Shown here: positions 1 to 9,439 of the stretch, one piece after another
Layout of the letters: every line of letters starts with the position of its first letter
How positions within the stretch are numbered: the first letter of the stretch is position 1
NCBI GenBank assembly: GCA_946611195.1
Contig: CAMODB010000002.1
Coordinates: forward strand, 16,301 to 80,300
Direction: 5' to 3'
Length of the DNA stretch: 64,000 bases
From: an uncultured Bacillota bacterium
Lineage (GTDB): Bacteria > Bacillota_I > Bacilli_A > ML615J-28 > CAG-313
The notes under the pieces: model-generated
Seen by the model: the letters and a program-made list of their open reading frames with translations, nothing else
Told to the model about the DNA's origin: nothing
Database searches by the model: none
Position numbers and translations under genes: made by a program

Positions 1-323
1 ACAGTTAATTTTTCATGATCTTTAACGAAATCATAAACAATTTTAGCAGCTGTTACTTCATCAGGGGCAGTAACAAATGCAGATGGACCAACTAAATGTT
101 CTTCAACTTCTTTTGCGCCAATCTTATCGATAGCACGTCTTAAGATGTTGTTTTTAGCAACTTTCATTTCACAATTTTCTGCATGTAACTTTCCACGAAG
201 TTCTGTAACTTCAGCAACAGTTAATCCTAGGTAATCAACGAATAATGTAGATCCGCTATTATTGATTTTATCAATAACTACTTGGACCTCGTTTTCTTTT
301 TTAGCGATAGTCGCTTCATTCAT
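1..323 (-). CDS. rplJ: 50S ribosomal protein L10, 5' part only (3' end lies beyond the window start)
   Basis: Manual translation from ATG 323-321 gives MNEATIAKKENEVQVVIDKINNSGSTLFVDYLGLTVAEVTELRGKLHAENCEMKVAKNNILRRAIDKIG..., a typical L10 N-terminus. GGAGGTG lies 8 nt upstream. Follows rplK-rplA as in the conserved cluster. Confidence 0.85.
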   Translation of the reverse strand, partial: MNEATIAKKENEVQVVIDKINNSGSTLFVDYLGLTVAEVTELRGKLHAENCEMKVAKNNILRRAIDKIGAKEVEEHLVGPSAFVTAPDEVTAAKIVYDFVKDHEKLT

Positions 324-496
324 TGTTTTCACCTCCTAAAAATTGGTTCTTTTATTTAAAAGAATATTTTTTCCTCGGTAGGATAATTTTTAAGCATTAG
401 AAACTTTCTTATTTTCATTATGCTCCTACTGTCTACGGCAGAGACTTTATATATAACTTATGAACTAGAATTATTATTTATTTTATTAAACTAATA
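324..496 (-). promoter_or_regulatory. Possible L10-leader-type structured 5' UTR between rplA and rplJ
   Basis: 173-nt spacer in an otherwise tightly packed operon. Minus strand shows nested pairings GTAGGAGCAT...ATGCTT...ATCCTAC and CTGCCGTAGACAG. Bacillota commonly carry an L10(L12)4-binding leader at this position. Not verified by covariance model. Confidence 0.3.
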
Positions 497-1189
497 TTAG
501 TCGATAGCCGAAGTATCAAGCTTGATACCAGGGCCCATAGTAGAAGTAATATTAGCACTTAGCATGTAAACACCTTTAACGGTTTGAGGCTTTACACGCA
601 TTAATTGACGGTAGATAGTCTTAACGTTTTCCATAAGAGCATCTTCAGTAAATGATACTTTACCAACTGGAGCTTGAACATTACCAACTTTATCAGCACG
701 GTATTCAACTTTACCAGCTTTAAATTCTTTTACTGTTGATTCAATATTCATTGTAACTGTACCAGTCTTAGGGTTTGGCATTAAGCCTTTAGGACCAAGG
801 ATACGACCTAATTTACCTAATTCACCCATCATATCTGGAGTTGCGATAATCATATCGAATTCAAACCAACCGTTTTTGATTTTTTCAAGGTATTCTACAT
901 CACCTGCATAATCAGCACCAGCATCTAAACCTTCTTTTGCTTTAGCACCTCTTGCGATAACTAAAACACGAACAGTTTTACCAGTACCACTAGGTAGTGA
1001 TACAGCACCTCTAATATTTTGATCCGCTTTACGTGGATCAATGTTTAATCTGAAAGCTACTTCTACAGTAGCATCAAATTTAACTGTACTTGTCTTTTTT
1101 ACTAATTCAACAGCTTCTTGTAAACTGTATTTTTTGTTATGATCTACAAGTTTTGCTGCTTCTTGGTATTTTTTACCTCTTTTAGCCAT
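497..1189 (-). CDS. rplA: 50S ribosomal protein L1
   Basis: 230-aa [19 protein letters not shown]...; unmistakable L1 sequence; SD GGAGGAAAAGAAA; TAA stop. Confidence 0.97.
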   Translation of the reverse strand: MAKRGKKYQEAAKLVDHNKKYSLQEAVELVKKTSTVKFDATVEVAFRLNIDPRKADQNIRGAVSLPSGTGKTVRVLVIARGAKAKEGLDAGADYAGDVEYLEKIKNGWFEFDMIIATPDMMGELGKLGRILGPKGLMPNPKTGTVTMNIESTVKEFKAGKVEYRADKVGNVQAPVGKVSFTEDALMENVKTIYRQLMRVKPQTVKGVYMLSANITSTMGPGIKLDTSAID

Positions 1190-1248
1190 TTTCTTTTCCT
1201 CCTAAATGTGGTCTAACGGAATTTCCTCCCACAATTTTAAAAGTAGTA

Positions 1249-1680
1249 TTAGTCTACTACAGTAATCCCCATTTGTTTAGCAGTACCTTCAATGATTCTT
1301 GCTGCAGCTTCAACATCATAAGCATTCAAATCAGGTAATTTAGTTTGCGCAATTTCCATTAATTTTGCTCTAGTAATAGTAGCAACCTTAGTTTTCTTGG
1401 CATTTGAAGAACCTTTTTGAATATTTGCTGCCTTCTTAAGAAGGTCAGATGCTGGTGGAGTTTTTGTAACAAATGTGAAACTTCTGTCTTCATAAACATA
1501 GATTTCAACTGGAATTACATAACCTGCCATGCTTGCAGTCTTATCATTAAATTGACTACAAAATTGTTGGATATTAACACCTGCTTGTCCAAGAGCTGGA
1601 CCAACTGGTGGAGCTGGATTGGCTTTTCCTGCAGCAATTTGAAGTTTAACAACCTTTTTTACTTGCTTAGCTTTTGCCAC
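1249..1680 (-). CDS. rplK: 50S ribosomal protein L11
   Basis: ORF contains [37 protein letters not shown]. Most likely start is GTG at 1680-1678 with GGAGGTG 8 nt upstream; the track ORF extends 3 codons further to 1689. Confidence 0.95.
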   Translation of the reverse strand: MAKAKQVKKVVKLQIAAGKANPAPPVGPALGQAGVNIQQFCSQFNDKTASMAGYVIPVEIYVYEDRSFTFVTKTPPASDLLKKAANIQKGSSNAKKTKVATITRAKLMEIAQTKLPDLNAYDVEAAARIIEGTAKQMGITVVD

Positions 1681-1790
1681 GAAACACACCTCCTTTTAAT
1701 TGTCCGTGATGTGGTTTATGAGCACTATGATGCTCTCCCACACTTAATAAATAATTCATAGTATATAATTGCGTCACTACACGCGAATAT

Positions 1791-1819
1791 ATTATACTAT
1801 ATTTCATGATATTAATCAA
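1791..1819 (-). promoter_or_regulatory. Sigma-A type promoter of rplK-rplA-rplJ
   Basis: Minus strand reads TTGATT (1819-1814), 17 nt, TATAAT (1796-1791). About 100 nt of leader follows before rplK. Confidence 0.6.
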
Positions 1820-1842
1820 GTATTTTGTTTTATAATTTTTAG

Positions 1843-1878
1843 GTAAAAAAAGACCCTAAATTTAATAATTTAGAGTCA
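1843..1878 (-). terminator. Rho-independent terminator after the GNAT gene
   Basis: Minus strand GACTCTAAAT-TATTAA-ATTTAGGGTC followed by TTTTTTTACC. Confidence 0.65.
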
Positions 1879-1890
1879 AAAATTATTCAA

Positions 1891-2901
1891 TTATAATTCT
1901 TTTTTCATATCAGCGAAAGATTGCGCAACGAAGAATCCAGCACCAATGTACATATAACGAGCAGGATTTTCAAGACCAGTGAAGAATGTCATATAAGTAG
2001 CACCCATTTTCTTTAATTCATTACATAAATTACAGAATAACATTTTACCAAGGCCAGCTTTTCTTTCTTTAGGAGAAACGGTAATACCATCTAAATGTCC
2101 ACGACCTGTTGATTCAACATACATAGCACCAGTCCAACCACAAACTTTATTATTATGTAAAGCTACTAAGAATGGACGAGGTTGTTCTCTTTTTAAATTA
2201 TAACGGATGGAATTTGCAAAGCCAGGATTACCATCAGCTTCAATTTCATCACAGAATTCATAAACACCTTCATGTTTATTTGGATCATAGATTTCTACTG
2301 TTAAACCTAATTGCTTATTATATTCAATTCTTTCTTGAACTTTTTTCGGCATTTCATATTCAGAAAGTGGTAAATGGAATCCTTCATGAATACCATTAAC
2401 AACATAACGATGATGATATAAGAATAAATAGAAAGGTGAATTGATACGAACACAAGGCATACCAGGATGCATGTGATGATCAGTATTAGGAATATACCAA
2501 GGATAATTTATTCCACTTAAGAAGACAAAACGCATGCTTGTTCTCTTTTTATTTCTTGCATATTCTTCACAAAGAACAAGTAAATGAGAACCAATTCCTT
2601 GTAAACGATATTCTTTTTTAACAATCATAGTATGTAAAAAGGCAGAAGCATTAACCATACCATTTTCATCTTTTTTATTTTCATCACTATCACGAACCAT
2701 TGCAGACGCAAAGCCTACAATTAGATCTTTATCAAGGGCAATAAAAGAACCATCTATTTTAAAATTAGAATTTTTAAATAAATGACTTTCAAATTCTTCA
2801 TAACTCATTTTAACGAAGAAATCTTCTTCATCACATAAATCAACAAATAGTGCATAAACTCCCTTTTTATCTTGTTCTTCAAATTGACGGTAAGTAATCA
2901 T
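1891..2901 (-). CDS. Tandem (two-domain) GNAT family N-acetyltransferase
   Basis: 336 aa. The N-terminal half carries the acetyl-CoA motif RLQGIGSHLL and the C-terminal half a second one, RKAGLGKMLF. Substrate unknown. Confidence 0.7.
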   Translation of the reverse strand: MITYRQFEEQDKKGVYALFVDLCDEEDFFVKMSYEEFESHLFKNSNFKIDGSFIALDKDLIVGFASAMVRDSDENKKDENGMVNASAFLHTMIVKKEYRLQGIGSHLLVLCEEYARNKKRTSMRFVFLSGINYPWYIPNTDHHMHPGMPCVRINSPFYLFLYHHRYVVNGIHEGFHLPLSEYEMPKKVQERIEYNKQLGLTVEIYDPNKHEGVYEFCDEIEADGNPGFANSIRYNLKREQPRPFLVALHNNKVCGWTGAMYVESTGRGHLDGITVSPKERKAGLGKMLFCNLCNELKKMGATYMTFFTGLENPARYMYIGAGFFVAQSFADMKKEL

Positions 2902-2911
2902 GTTTCCTCCT

Positions 2912-3439
2912 TTAAATTAAAATACCTTGTCTTTTTAAATATTTTATTAGTGGTTCTAATACTTTATTATATTTTTCAATTTCTCTATTTTCTTTCTTTT
3001 CATCAATTCCCGCTAATAAATTAGTTATCTTAGAAAGTAAATCAAATGCTTGTTTGCATAAATGAAGTTCATTACCATTTTCCATTTGTTCTTTTTCAAA
3101 ACTTGCAAACATTTCCATAAATAGAGGAACTTTATTTAAAGCGTCTGTCGCAAGACTATTAATTTCTAAATCATCATTTTCATCTTGTTTCTTAAAATAA
3201 TTATGATAACGTGAAATATTTTTAATGAATAATAATTCTATTTTATCCACATCACCATCGCTATAGGCAACTTTAGCCAATAACGATTGAATAAAAAGAT
3301 CATAATCATCCATTATTTTCTTTTTTGATAATTTTACTTCATCATTTTTTCTCATTTCATCATATACTTCTTCTACTTTATCCGCAAGTTTATTATAAAA
3401 TTTTACGGCTGCATTGTAGCTTGTTTCTAATTCGTTCAT
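2912..3439 (-). CDS. Hypothetical protein, TerB-like helical domain (paralogue B)
   Basis: 175 aa. Contains LLAKVAYSDGDVDKIELLFIKNI and LNKVPLF, mirrored in the upstream neighbour. The TerB-like assignment comes from motif resemblance only. Confidence 0.5.
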   Translation of the reverse strand: MNELETSYNAAVKFYNKLADKVEEVYDEMRKNDEVKLSKKKIMDDYDLFIQSLLAKVAYSDGDVDKIELLFIKNISRYHNYFKKQDENDDLEINSLATDALNKVPLFMEMFASFEKEQMENGNELHLCKQAFDLLSKITNLLAGIDEKKENREIEKYNKVLEPLIKYLKRQGILI

Positions 3440-3979
3440 TTAATCTTCCTTTCTTTTAGGCGCATAACGCACATAATTCTTTTTAAAATATATAACGATA
3501 GGACTAAGAGCCATCTTTCCTATTTCATCTTCCGCTACGGGAACATGACCATCAACAAATTTTAAATAAGTAGGTAATCTTCTTAAGAAATCATAAGTCA
3601 TTTGACAAAAAGTAGGTTCAATCACTTTCAACATTTCGTCCATCTTTTTATCAGAAAGCACTGATAATTTAACAAATAAAGGAATCTTATTTAAAATATC
3701 TTCATAAATGGTCATTGATTCAATATTCTTAATATTGGTTCCTAATATATAATTAATAAAATCAAATTCAATATTTTGTAATTTTTGATCAGCGACCATT
3801 ATTTTAATAAGTAAAGCTTCTAAATATTGGTTTAAACCTTTAATTAATTCAGCTTTACTAAAATCAATTTTGTCTTTGGCCAAATCATACATCATATTTA
3901 AATTATCAAGATATTTTAAATATAAATTATTACCTAATTGATACATTTCTGGATAATTATCACGTATATTTTTTTCCAT
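3440..3979 (-). CDS. Hypothetical protein, TerB-like helical domain (paralogue A)
   Basis: 179 aa. Contains LLIKIMVADQKLQNIEFDFINYI and LNKIPLF. Its stop TAA abuts the ATG of paralogue B (TAAATG). Confidence 0.5.
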   Translation of the reverse strand: MEKNIRDNYPEMYQLGNNLYLKYLDNLNMMYDLAKDKIDFSKAELIKGLNQYLEALLIKIMVADQKLQNIEFDFINYILGTNIKNIESMTIYEDILNKIPLFVKLSVLSDKKMDEMLKVIEPTFCQMTYDFLRRLPTYLKFVDGHVPVAEDEIGKMALSPIVIYFKKNYVRYAPKRKED

Positions 3980-3995
3980 CTCACACCTCTAGTTT

Positions 3996-4024
3996 ATTAT
4001 AACATAATTTTATTTCTTATTCAA
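3996..4024 (-). promoter_or_regulatory. Sigma-A promoter of the inserted three-gene cassette
   Basis: Minus strand TTGAAT (4024-4019), 17 nt, TATAAT (4001-3996), with TGT giving an extended -10 (TGTTATAAT). Confidence 0.6.
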
Positions 4025-4030
4025 TTATAA

Positions 4031-4060
4031 TAAAAAAAGAATTTCCAAAACGGAAATTCT
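4031..4060 (-). terminator. Rho-independent terminator after nusG
   Basis: Minus strand AGAATTTCC-GTTTT-GGAAATTCT followed by TTTTTTTATT, starting 8 nt after the nusG stop. Confidence 0.7.
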
Positions 4061-4067
4061 AAAGATG

Positions 4068-4628
4068 TTATTTAATAGCTTTTACTTCTTCAAGACGAAG
4101 AGGTTGCGAAGTAACTCGCCCGAATAATTCAACTGCTACTGTAACCATTTGATTTTCTTCATCAATTTCCAGAACTTCTAAATCTTGATCAGCAAAATTA
4201 CCACTAATTACATGAACTTTATCGCCAACTTTAAAGTCGATATTTAATTCCATCTTCTTACCTACTTGACGGAAGATATTACCAATTTCTTCATTAGTTA
4301 AAGGTACTGGTTTAGCACCACCACCACTTGAACCAAGGAAGCCAGTAACAAGTGGAGTATTACGAACAATAAACCAAGAATCATCAGTAACAATCATATC
4401 GATAAAAGCATAGCCAGGATAAATTTTTTCAACGACTTCTTTTAATTCACCCTTCTTATTTTTTTCTTGTTTAGTTATTTCTGGAATAAATATTTCAAAG
4501 ATATAATCAGTCATATGTTGAGTAATTATTCTTTGTTCGATATTTCTTTTAGCCGCATATTCCATTCCATTTACAACTTTAATAACGTACCATGCTCTTT
4601 TGTTTTCTAAATCGATATCGTTTTGCAT
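4068..4628 (-). CDS. nusG: Transcription termination/antitermination factor NusG
   Basis: 186 aa with the WYVIKVVNGMEY NGN domain and a C-terminal KOW (GDKVHVISGNFADQ). secE-nusG synteny. Confidence 0.95.
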   Translation of the reverse strand: MQNDIDLENKRAWYVIKVVNGMEYAAKRNIEQRIITQHMTDYIFEIFIPEITKQEKNKKGELKEVVEKIYPGYAFIDMIVTDDSWFIVRNTPLVTGFLGSSGGGAKPVPLTNEEIGNIFRQVGKKMELNIDFKVGDKVHVISGNFADQDLEVLEIDEENQMVTVAVELFGRVTSQPLRLEEVKAIK

Positions 4629-4630
4629 GC

Positions 4631-5035
4631 TTACCTCTTAATAACGCCGTTGATGAATAATTCAATTAACGCATCATATCCTACAAATAAGAATGCAAGA
4701 ATAGCAGAGAAGATTAAAACAACAGCGATGTTAACAAAAAATTCTTTTCTCTTTAAGCCTGTAATATGTTTAATTTCTGCAAATGATGGACGATAAAAGG
4801 AAGAAGCAGCTAAGATAATAGAGAAGGCACCAATACCTACTAATACCCACGCAAATACTTTCCAATATTCACCAAGAATTGGTGTGGTAGACGCAATAGT
4901 TAAATGTTTAGTTAATAATAAAACACCTAATTCTAATGCGAATAACGCAAGAATTACAAGAATTAAATTTTCGTATTTCCATTCATGAGACATAGCCTCA
5001 ACTACACGATTCTTCTTTTCTTTTTTTTCAGCCAT
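4631..5035 (-). CDS. secE: Preprotein translocase subunit SecE
   Basis: Start placed at MAEKKEKKNRVV (ATG 5035) with GGAG 10 nt upstream. The track ORF start at 5080 would overlap rpmG. Multi-TM protein located between rpmG and nusG. Confidence 0.8.
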   Translation of the reverse strand: MAEKKEKKNRVVEAMSHEWKYENLILVILALFALELGVLLLTKHLTIASTTPILGEYWKVFAWVLVGIGAFSIILAASSFYRPSFAEIKHITGLKRKEFFVNIAVVLIFSAILAFLFVGYDALIELFINGVIKR

Positions 5036-5045
5036 AATTAACTCC

Positions 5046-5195
5046 TTATTTCGTTTCCCGATGAATGGTATGTTTACCACAGCGTGGACAGAATTTCTTA
5101 ATTTCCATTCTTTCGGTATTATTAAGTTTATTTTTCTTTGTTGTGTAATTGCGGGAAAGACATTCCGCGCAAACTAAGATGATTTTTTCTCTCAT
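5046..5195 (-). CDS. rpmG: 50S ribosomal protein L33
   Basis: Absent from the ORF track. Manual translation gives [49 protein letters not shown], with the L33 Cys4 pattern and conserved position upstream of secE. Confidence 0.9.
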   Translation of the reverse strand: MREKIILVCAECLSRNYTTKKNKLNNTERMEIKKFCPRCGKHTIHRETK

Positions 5196-5208
5196 AACTC
5201 ACCTATCT

Positions 5209-5237
5209 ATTTTACCAAAAAGAGTCATAAAAGTCAA
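5209..5237 (-). promoter_or_regulatory. Sigma-A promoter of rpmG-secE-nusG
   Basis: Minus strand TTGACT (5237-5232), 17 nt, TAAAAT (5214-5209). Confidence 0.6.
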
Positions 5238-5251
5238 ACAATATAATCTTT

Positions 5252-5794
5252 CTACCATGACCTTTTCCGGTTTCTTTCTCTTTTGATTTTATATAAAATA
5301 CGCTGTTTTGTATTAGATATCGTTCGTGATGATTGATTTAAAACAATAGAAATAGTCTTGACATTTATTTTCTTTATATAATAAAGATAATAAACATCCC
5401 GCTCTAAAGGTGAAAAATCATAACAATCTTCCGCAAGTTGTAATGTTTTATCTTCTTCATTATTATCAATTAAATTTTCATAATAATCATCATCAACTAC
5501 AATCATCTTTCTGTCTTTTCTAAGTAAGGTGATAAATCGACGCTTAATCAGCATATCTAAAAAATTAGTAAAAGACATTTGACTATCCGTATCATAAATC
5601 TTAATGGCTTCTTCGATCATTAACAAGCCTTCTTGTAAATAATCATCATATAAAGATTTAGGTACATTAAGTAATTTCATTCGCGAACGAACTAATATTG
5701 TATATTTTTCTATCAAAATGTTTTTCCCCTCTTGATTATTTTGTCTTGCTAAATACAATAGCTCATAATCATTATATTTAAACAAATCCCCCAC
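5252..5794 (-). CDS. sigH: SigH-like RNA polymerase sigma factor (sigma-70 family)
   Basis: 180 aa with region-2-like and region-4 HTH (KTISIVLNQSSRTISNTKQRI) segments. Sits between rlmB and rpmG-secE-nusG, the position of sigH in Bacillus. Confidence 0.7.
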   Translation of the reverse strand: MGDLFKYNDYELLYLARQNNQEGKNILIEKYTILVRSRMKLLNVPKSLYDDYLQEGLLMIEEAIKIYDTDSQMSFTNFLDMLIKRRFITLLRKDRKMIVVDDDYYENLIDNNEEDKTLQLAEDCYDFSPLERDVYYLYYIKKINVKTISIVLNQSSRTISNTKQRILYKIKRERNRKRSW

Positions 5795-5800
5795 TAAATT

Positions 5801-6502
5801 TTAACCCCTCTTTCTTAATATTTCAAAAAAGATAATTGAACAAGATACGCTGGCGTTAAGTGAATCAACATGACCAACCATAGGTATCTTAATTAAAGTA
5901 TCACAATTATCTTTGACAAGACGGCTTATCCCTTTACCTTCATTGCCGACCACAATTGCGACTTTACCAGAATAATCATAATCAGTATAACTAACACTAC
6001 CAGCCATATCAAGACCAGCAATCCAAAATCCATGTTTTTTTAATTTTTCCATTGTTTGAACAAGATTTGTTACTTGAAAACAAGGAACATGTTCAATAGC
6101 TCCTGTCGATACTTTCGCAACCGTATCATTTAAAGAAACACTACGATTCTTAGGAATAATAATTCCATCAATACCAGCCGCATCCGCACTTCTTAAGATA
6201 GCTCCTAAATTATGAGGATCTTCTAAATTATCAAGAATAGCGAGGCTACAAACAGCTAAATTCTTCTTTAAAAATTCATCTAAGTCTTGATATTGATAAT
6301 CGATTATTTCACAGATAAATCCTTGATGATTACCATTTGCGATTTTATCCATCTCTTTTAAAGTCTTAATTTCGATATTTAATTTTAAAGATGGAAAATT
6401 CTTTTTTACGATTTCTATTGTGTTAGTAGTTAAATATAATTTATTGATTTTTCTTTTCACTCGAAGTGCTTCGAGAACGGTATTTTTCCCATAAATTATC
6501 AT
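5801..6502 (-). CDS. rlmB: 23S rRNA 2'-O-ribose methyltransferase, SpoU/TrmH family (RlmB/YacO-like)
   Basis: MIIYGKNTVLEAL... with the SpoU motifs GNEGKGIS and SLNASVS. Start chosen at ATG 6502, preceded by GGAGAAG. The track ORF runs to 6529. Confidence 0.85.
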   Translation of the reverse strand: MIIYGKNTVLEALRVKRKINKLYLTTNTIEIVKKNFPSLKLNIEIKTLKEMDKIANGNHQGFICEIIDYQYQDLDEFLKKNLAVCSLAILDNLEDPHNLGAILRSADAAGIDGIIIPKNRSVSLNDTVAKVSTGAIEHVPCFQVTNLVQTMEKLKKHGFWIAGLDMAGSVSYTDYDYSGKVAIVVGNEGKGISRLVKDNCDTLIKIPMVGHVDSLNASVSCSIIFFEILRKRG

Positions 6503-6881
6503 TATTCTTCTCCACTGTTTCAAATACAAGTTGCATCAAAAAATCTAATCTTTCTGTATTTTTTTTTAAATAAAGATAACCAATTAAAGCTTCAAAGCCA
6601 CTCGCAACAATATATTCACTTTGATCAACATTCTTTCGATAAACATGATGAACACCATTACGACCTCTTAAATAAATCTTCTTTTCTTCTTCATTTAAGA
6701 TATCTAAAAGATTATTCATAATCATAGCTTGCGAAGATGCGGATACAAAATAAATACTCATCTTTTGTAATTCTTTATTCTTAGTAATATTATGATTAAT
6801 TAGATATTCTCTTACCTTTAATTCATAATAAGCATCGCCAATATAAGCCAAATTGCTGCCATTTAATAATTCAAAACGCAT
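6441..6881 (-). CDS. mrnC: Mini-ribonuclease III
   Basis: 146 aa with NGSNLAYIGDAYYELKVREYL and SGFEALIGYLYL RNase III-like motifs. cysS-mrnC-rlmB synteny. Its 3' end overlaps rlmB by 62 nt. Confidence 0.85.
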   Translation of the reverse strand: MRFELLNGSNLAYIGDAYYELKVREYLINHNITKNKELQKMSIYFVSASSQAMIMNNLLDILNEEEKKIYLRGRNGVHHVYRKNVDQSEYIVASGFEALIGYLYLKKNTERLDFLMQLVFETVEKNNDNLWEKYRSRSTSSEKKNQ

Positions 6882-6882
6882 T

Positions 6883-8241
6883 TTATAATTTAATACCTAA
6901 TTCAGTAATCTTATTTCTTAATTCATCAGCTTTCACAAAATCTTTTTCTTTACGGCTCTTTTGCCATTCTAAAACAAGTTCTAATTCTGATTTTGTTAAA
7001 GGTTTAACATCTACTTTAAGACCTAAAATATATAACATATCCGTAAATGTTTTGAATTCATCTTGATATGTTTTAAGTTCAACATCATTCTTTCTTAAAT
7101 CAACATTGATTTGTTTCATTAAACTATATAAGTGAGTAATCGCTGTACTAGTATTAAAATCATAAGCCATTTCTTTTAAGAAATCATCCATAATTGGTAA
7201 TACTTCACCACTTAAATCTTGATTAGGATTATTTAATTCAATTTTACGTTCTAAGGAAATATATAATTTTTCAATTTTATTCCATTCCCCACTCATTTGT
7301 TCCATCAAGTCATCTTGATAACTAATAACTTGACGATAATGATTTGATAAAATTGCCATTCTTAAAACCATTGGTGGATATTGTTCAATAATATCTTTAA
7401 CTAAGATAACATTGCCTAAAGATTTACTCATCTTTTCGCCTCTTAAATCAAGACGCGCATTATGAATCCAATAATGAGCTAAATAATCTTTATATAAAGA
7501 ATAATTTTGCGCTATTTCATTTTCATGATGTGGGAATCTTAAATCAGTTCCACCACCATGAATATCAATTGAGCCATTAAATATTTTATGAATCATAACT
7601 ACACATTCTGTATGCCAACCAGGGCGACCATCACCAAAACGACTTGGCCATTTTTTACCAGTATCTTTCGTCTTTTTCCATAAAGTAAAATCTCTTGGAT
7701 CTTTTTTACCACTATTAATTTCAATACGAGAACCAACTTCTAATTCATCAAGCTTTTGATTACTTAAAATACCATAAGTCGGATTACTATTTACATCATA
7801 ATAAACATCATCACCAGAAACATAAGCACTATTATTATCAACTAATCTTTGAATAAAATCAACAATGCCTTCGATATTTTCCGTAACTCTTGGACGAATA
7901 ACATCCATTTCACAGCCTAATTTTTCCACAACATCAAGATAAGCCTTAATATATTTATTAGCAATTTCTTCTTCACTAAGACCTTCTTTTAAAGCGGCTT
8001 TGATGATTTTATCATCAATATCAGTAAAATTAGAAGCATATACTACTTTATAACCAACATATTTTAAGAAACGACGAACAGTATCAAAAAAGATTACCGG
8101 ACGGGCATTACCAATATGAATATTATCATAAACAGTAGGTCCACAAACATACATATCGACTTCATCTTTTTTGATTGTCTTAAAATCTTCAATAGTTCCC
8201 GTTAATGAATTATAAACTTTAATTGTATTACGATCAAACAT
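6883..8241 (-). CDS. cysS: Cysteine--tRNA ligase
   Basis: 452 aa with class I motifs HIGNARP and KMSKSLGN. Confidence 0.97.
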   Translation of the reverse strand: MFDRNTIKVYNSLTGTIEDFKTIKKDEVDMYVCGPTVYDNIHIGNARPVIFFDTVRRFLKYVGYKVVYASNFTDIDDKIIKAALKEGLSEEEIANKYIKAYLDVVEKLGCEMDVIRPRVTENIEGIVDFIQRLVDNNSAYVSGDDVYYDVNSNPTYGILSNQKLDELEVGSRIEINSGKKDPRDFTLWKKTKDTGKKWPSRFGDGRPGWHTECVVMIHKIFNGSIDIHGGGTDLRFPHHENEIAQNYSLYKDYLAHYWIHNARLDLRGEKMSKSLGNVILVKDIIEQYPPMVLRMAILSNHYRQVISYQDDLMEQMSGEWNKIEKLYISLERKIELNNPNQDLSGEVLPIMDDFLKEMAYDFNTSTAITHLYSLMKQINVDLRKNDVELKTYQDEFKTFTDMLYILGLKVDVKPLTKSELELVLEWQKSRKEKDFVKADELRNKITELGIKL

Positions 8242-8260
8242 CTAATACCTCCCATAATAA

Positions 8261-8296
8261 TTTAATAAAAGGAGTCGATTGTTCATCAACTCCTTA
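8261..8296 (-). terminator. Rho-independent terminator after rplM-rpsI
   Basis: Minus strand AAGGAGT-TGATGAACAATCG-ACTCCTT followed by TTTATTAAA. Confidence 0.55.
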
Positions 8297-8351
8297 TTTT
8301 TAGTTTGCGGATAGTTTATTAATTTTGGAAATAAACCAAAATATAAATAAA

Positions 8352-8744
8352 TTAACGCTTTGAGAATTGTGGTGAACGACGAGCTTTCTTAAGACCGTAT
8401 TTCTTACGTTCAACAACACGAGAATCACGAGTAAGTAATCCCGCTTTCTTTAGTCTTCCACGATACTCAGGATTAACTAATAATAATGCACGAGCCATAC
8501 CTAAACGGATAGCACCAGCTTGACCTGTCATACCACCACCATAGACATTAACGATAACATCATATTGACTGCCAGTTTCAGTAAGTGTTAAAGGTTGAAG
8601 AATGTCTAAACGAGTAGCTGCAGAAGGGAAATATTCAACAAAGTTACGATCATTTACAACAAATTGTCCATTTCCTGGAATTAATCTAACTCTTGCAACT
8701 GAACTCTTACGACGACCAGTAGCTTGATATTGAGTAAGTGCCAT
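8352..8744 (-). CDS. rpsI: 30S ribosomal protein S9
   Basis: 130 aa ending ...[12 protein letters not shown], the typical S9 C-terminus. Confidence 0.97.
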   Translation of the reverse strand: MALTQYQATGRRKSSVARVRLIPGNGQFVVNDRNFVEYFPSAATRLDILQPLTLTETGSQYDVIVNVYGGGMTGQAGAIRLGMARALLLVNPEYRGRLKKAGLLTRDSRVVERKKYGLKKARRSPQFSKR

Positions 8745-8757
8745 TAACTTTTACCTC

Positions 8758-9204
8758 CTACTTAACTTCTAAAGGAAATGCTTCTGGTTTTTGAGCAGCG
8801 TGTTCATGTTCAGGACCTGCATAAACATAAAGTCTTGAATACATTTGAGCACCAAGCTTACCCTTTGGTAACATTCCTTTTACCGCAAATTCAATTAATT
8901 TAGTTGGATGTTGATCCAATTGTTCTTGAGCGGTACGAGTTTTTAAGCCACCTGCATAATGAGATGCACGGTAGTATTTTTTATCTTGTAATTTATTGCC
9001 TGTTAAAGCAACTTTTTCTGCATTAACAACGATAACATAATCACCACCATCAATATTAGGTGTAAATGTTGGTTTATGTTTTCCTCTTAATACAGTAGCG
9101 ACTGCTGTTGATAAGCGGCCAAGTACTAGATCAGTAGCATCGATAACATACCATTTACGATCTGCTCTAGCTAATTCATTTGTGTTCATAAAAGTAGAAC
9201 GCAT
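8758..9204 (-). CDS. rplM: 50S ribosomal protein L13
   Basis: 148 aa with [18 protein letters not shown]...[11 protein letters not shown]. Confidence 0.97.
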   Translation of the reverse strand: MRSTFMNTNELARADRKWYVIDATDLVLGRLSTAVATVLRGKHKPTFTPNIDGGDYVIVVNAEKVALTGNKLQDKKYYRASHYAGGLKTRTAQEQLDQHPTKLIEFAVKGMLPKGKLGAQMYSRLYVYAGPEHEHAAQKPEAFPLEVK

Positions 9205-9285
9205 AATTTAATTTCCTCCATTTTTTCTTCTAATTGAAGGGCATTTTGTGGGTTTAAAGTCTCAACGACTAATGTATCGTAGATA

Positions 9286-9314
9286 TTATACACTAATTAG
9301 CCAAAAAAGTCAAA
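9286..9314 (-). promoter_or_regulatory. Sigma-A promoter of rplM-rpsI
   Basis: Minus strand TTGACT (9314-9309), 17 nt, TATAAT (9291-9286). About 75 nt of leader follows. Confidence 0.65.
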
Positions 9315-9390
9315 TTATTCACTTAATAATTTTAATAATGTTTTTGATAGTTCTATTCATTAATAAATATAACAAAATAAAGAATATCTA

Positions 9391-9433
9391 ATTATAAAAA
9401 GACTAAGTTCTTTTAAATTTAGAACTCAGTCTT
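9391..9433 (-). terminator. Rho-independent terminator after the small membrane protein gene
   Basis: Minus strand AAGACTGAGTTCT-AAATTTAA-AGAACTTAGTCTT followed by TTTTATAATT. Confidence 0.7.
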
Positions 9434-9439
9434 CTCTTT

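Noticed and set aside
5036-5080. The longer secE ORF start ([15 protein letters not shown]...) given in the track.
   Set aside because: That extension overlaps the 3' end of a clear rpmG (L33) gene missed by the track. The internal ATG 5035 has a GGAG SD and gives a normal SecE N-terminus.
6441-6502. The 62-nt overlap between mrnC and rlmB as a sign of a frameshift or fusion.
   Set aside because: Both proteins are full length relative to what I recall of the Bacillus homologues. The overlap comes only from a non-conserved C-terminal tail of MrnC, and no disrupted motif is seen. It is noted as an unusually long overlap only.
8242-8351. A T-box or other riboswitch upstream of cysS.
   Set aside because: Only 110 nt are available. 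The one strong hairpin is followed by a U-run on the minus strand directly after rpsI and is best read as the rpsI terminator. No specifier-loop or T-box (AGGGUGGNACCGCG-like) sequence is present.
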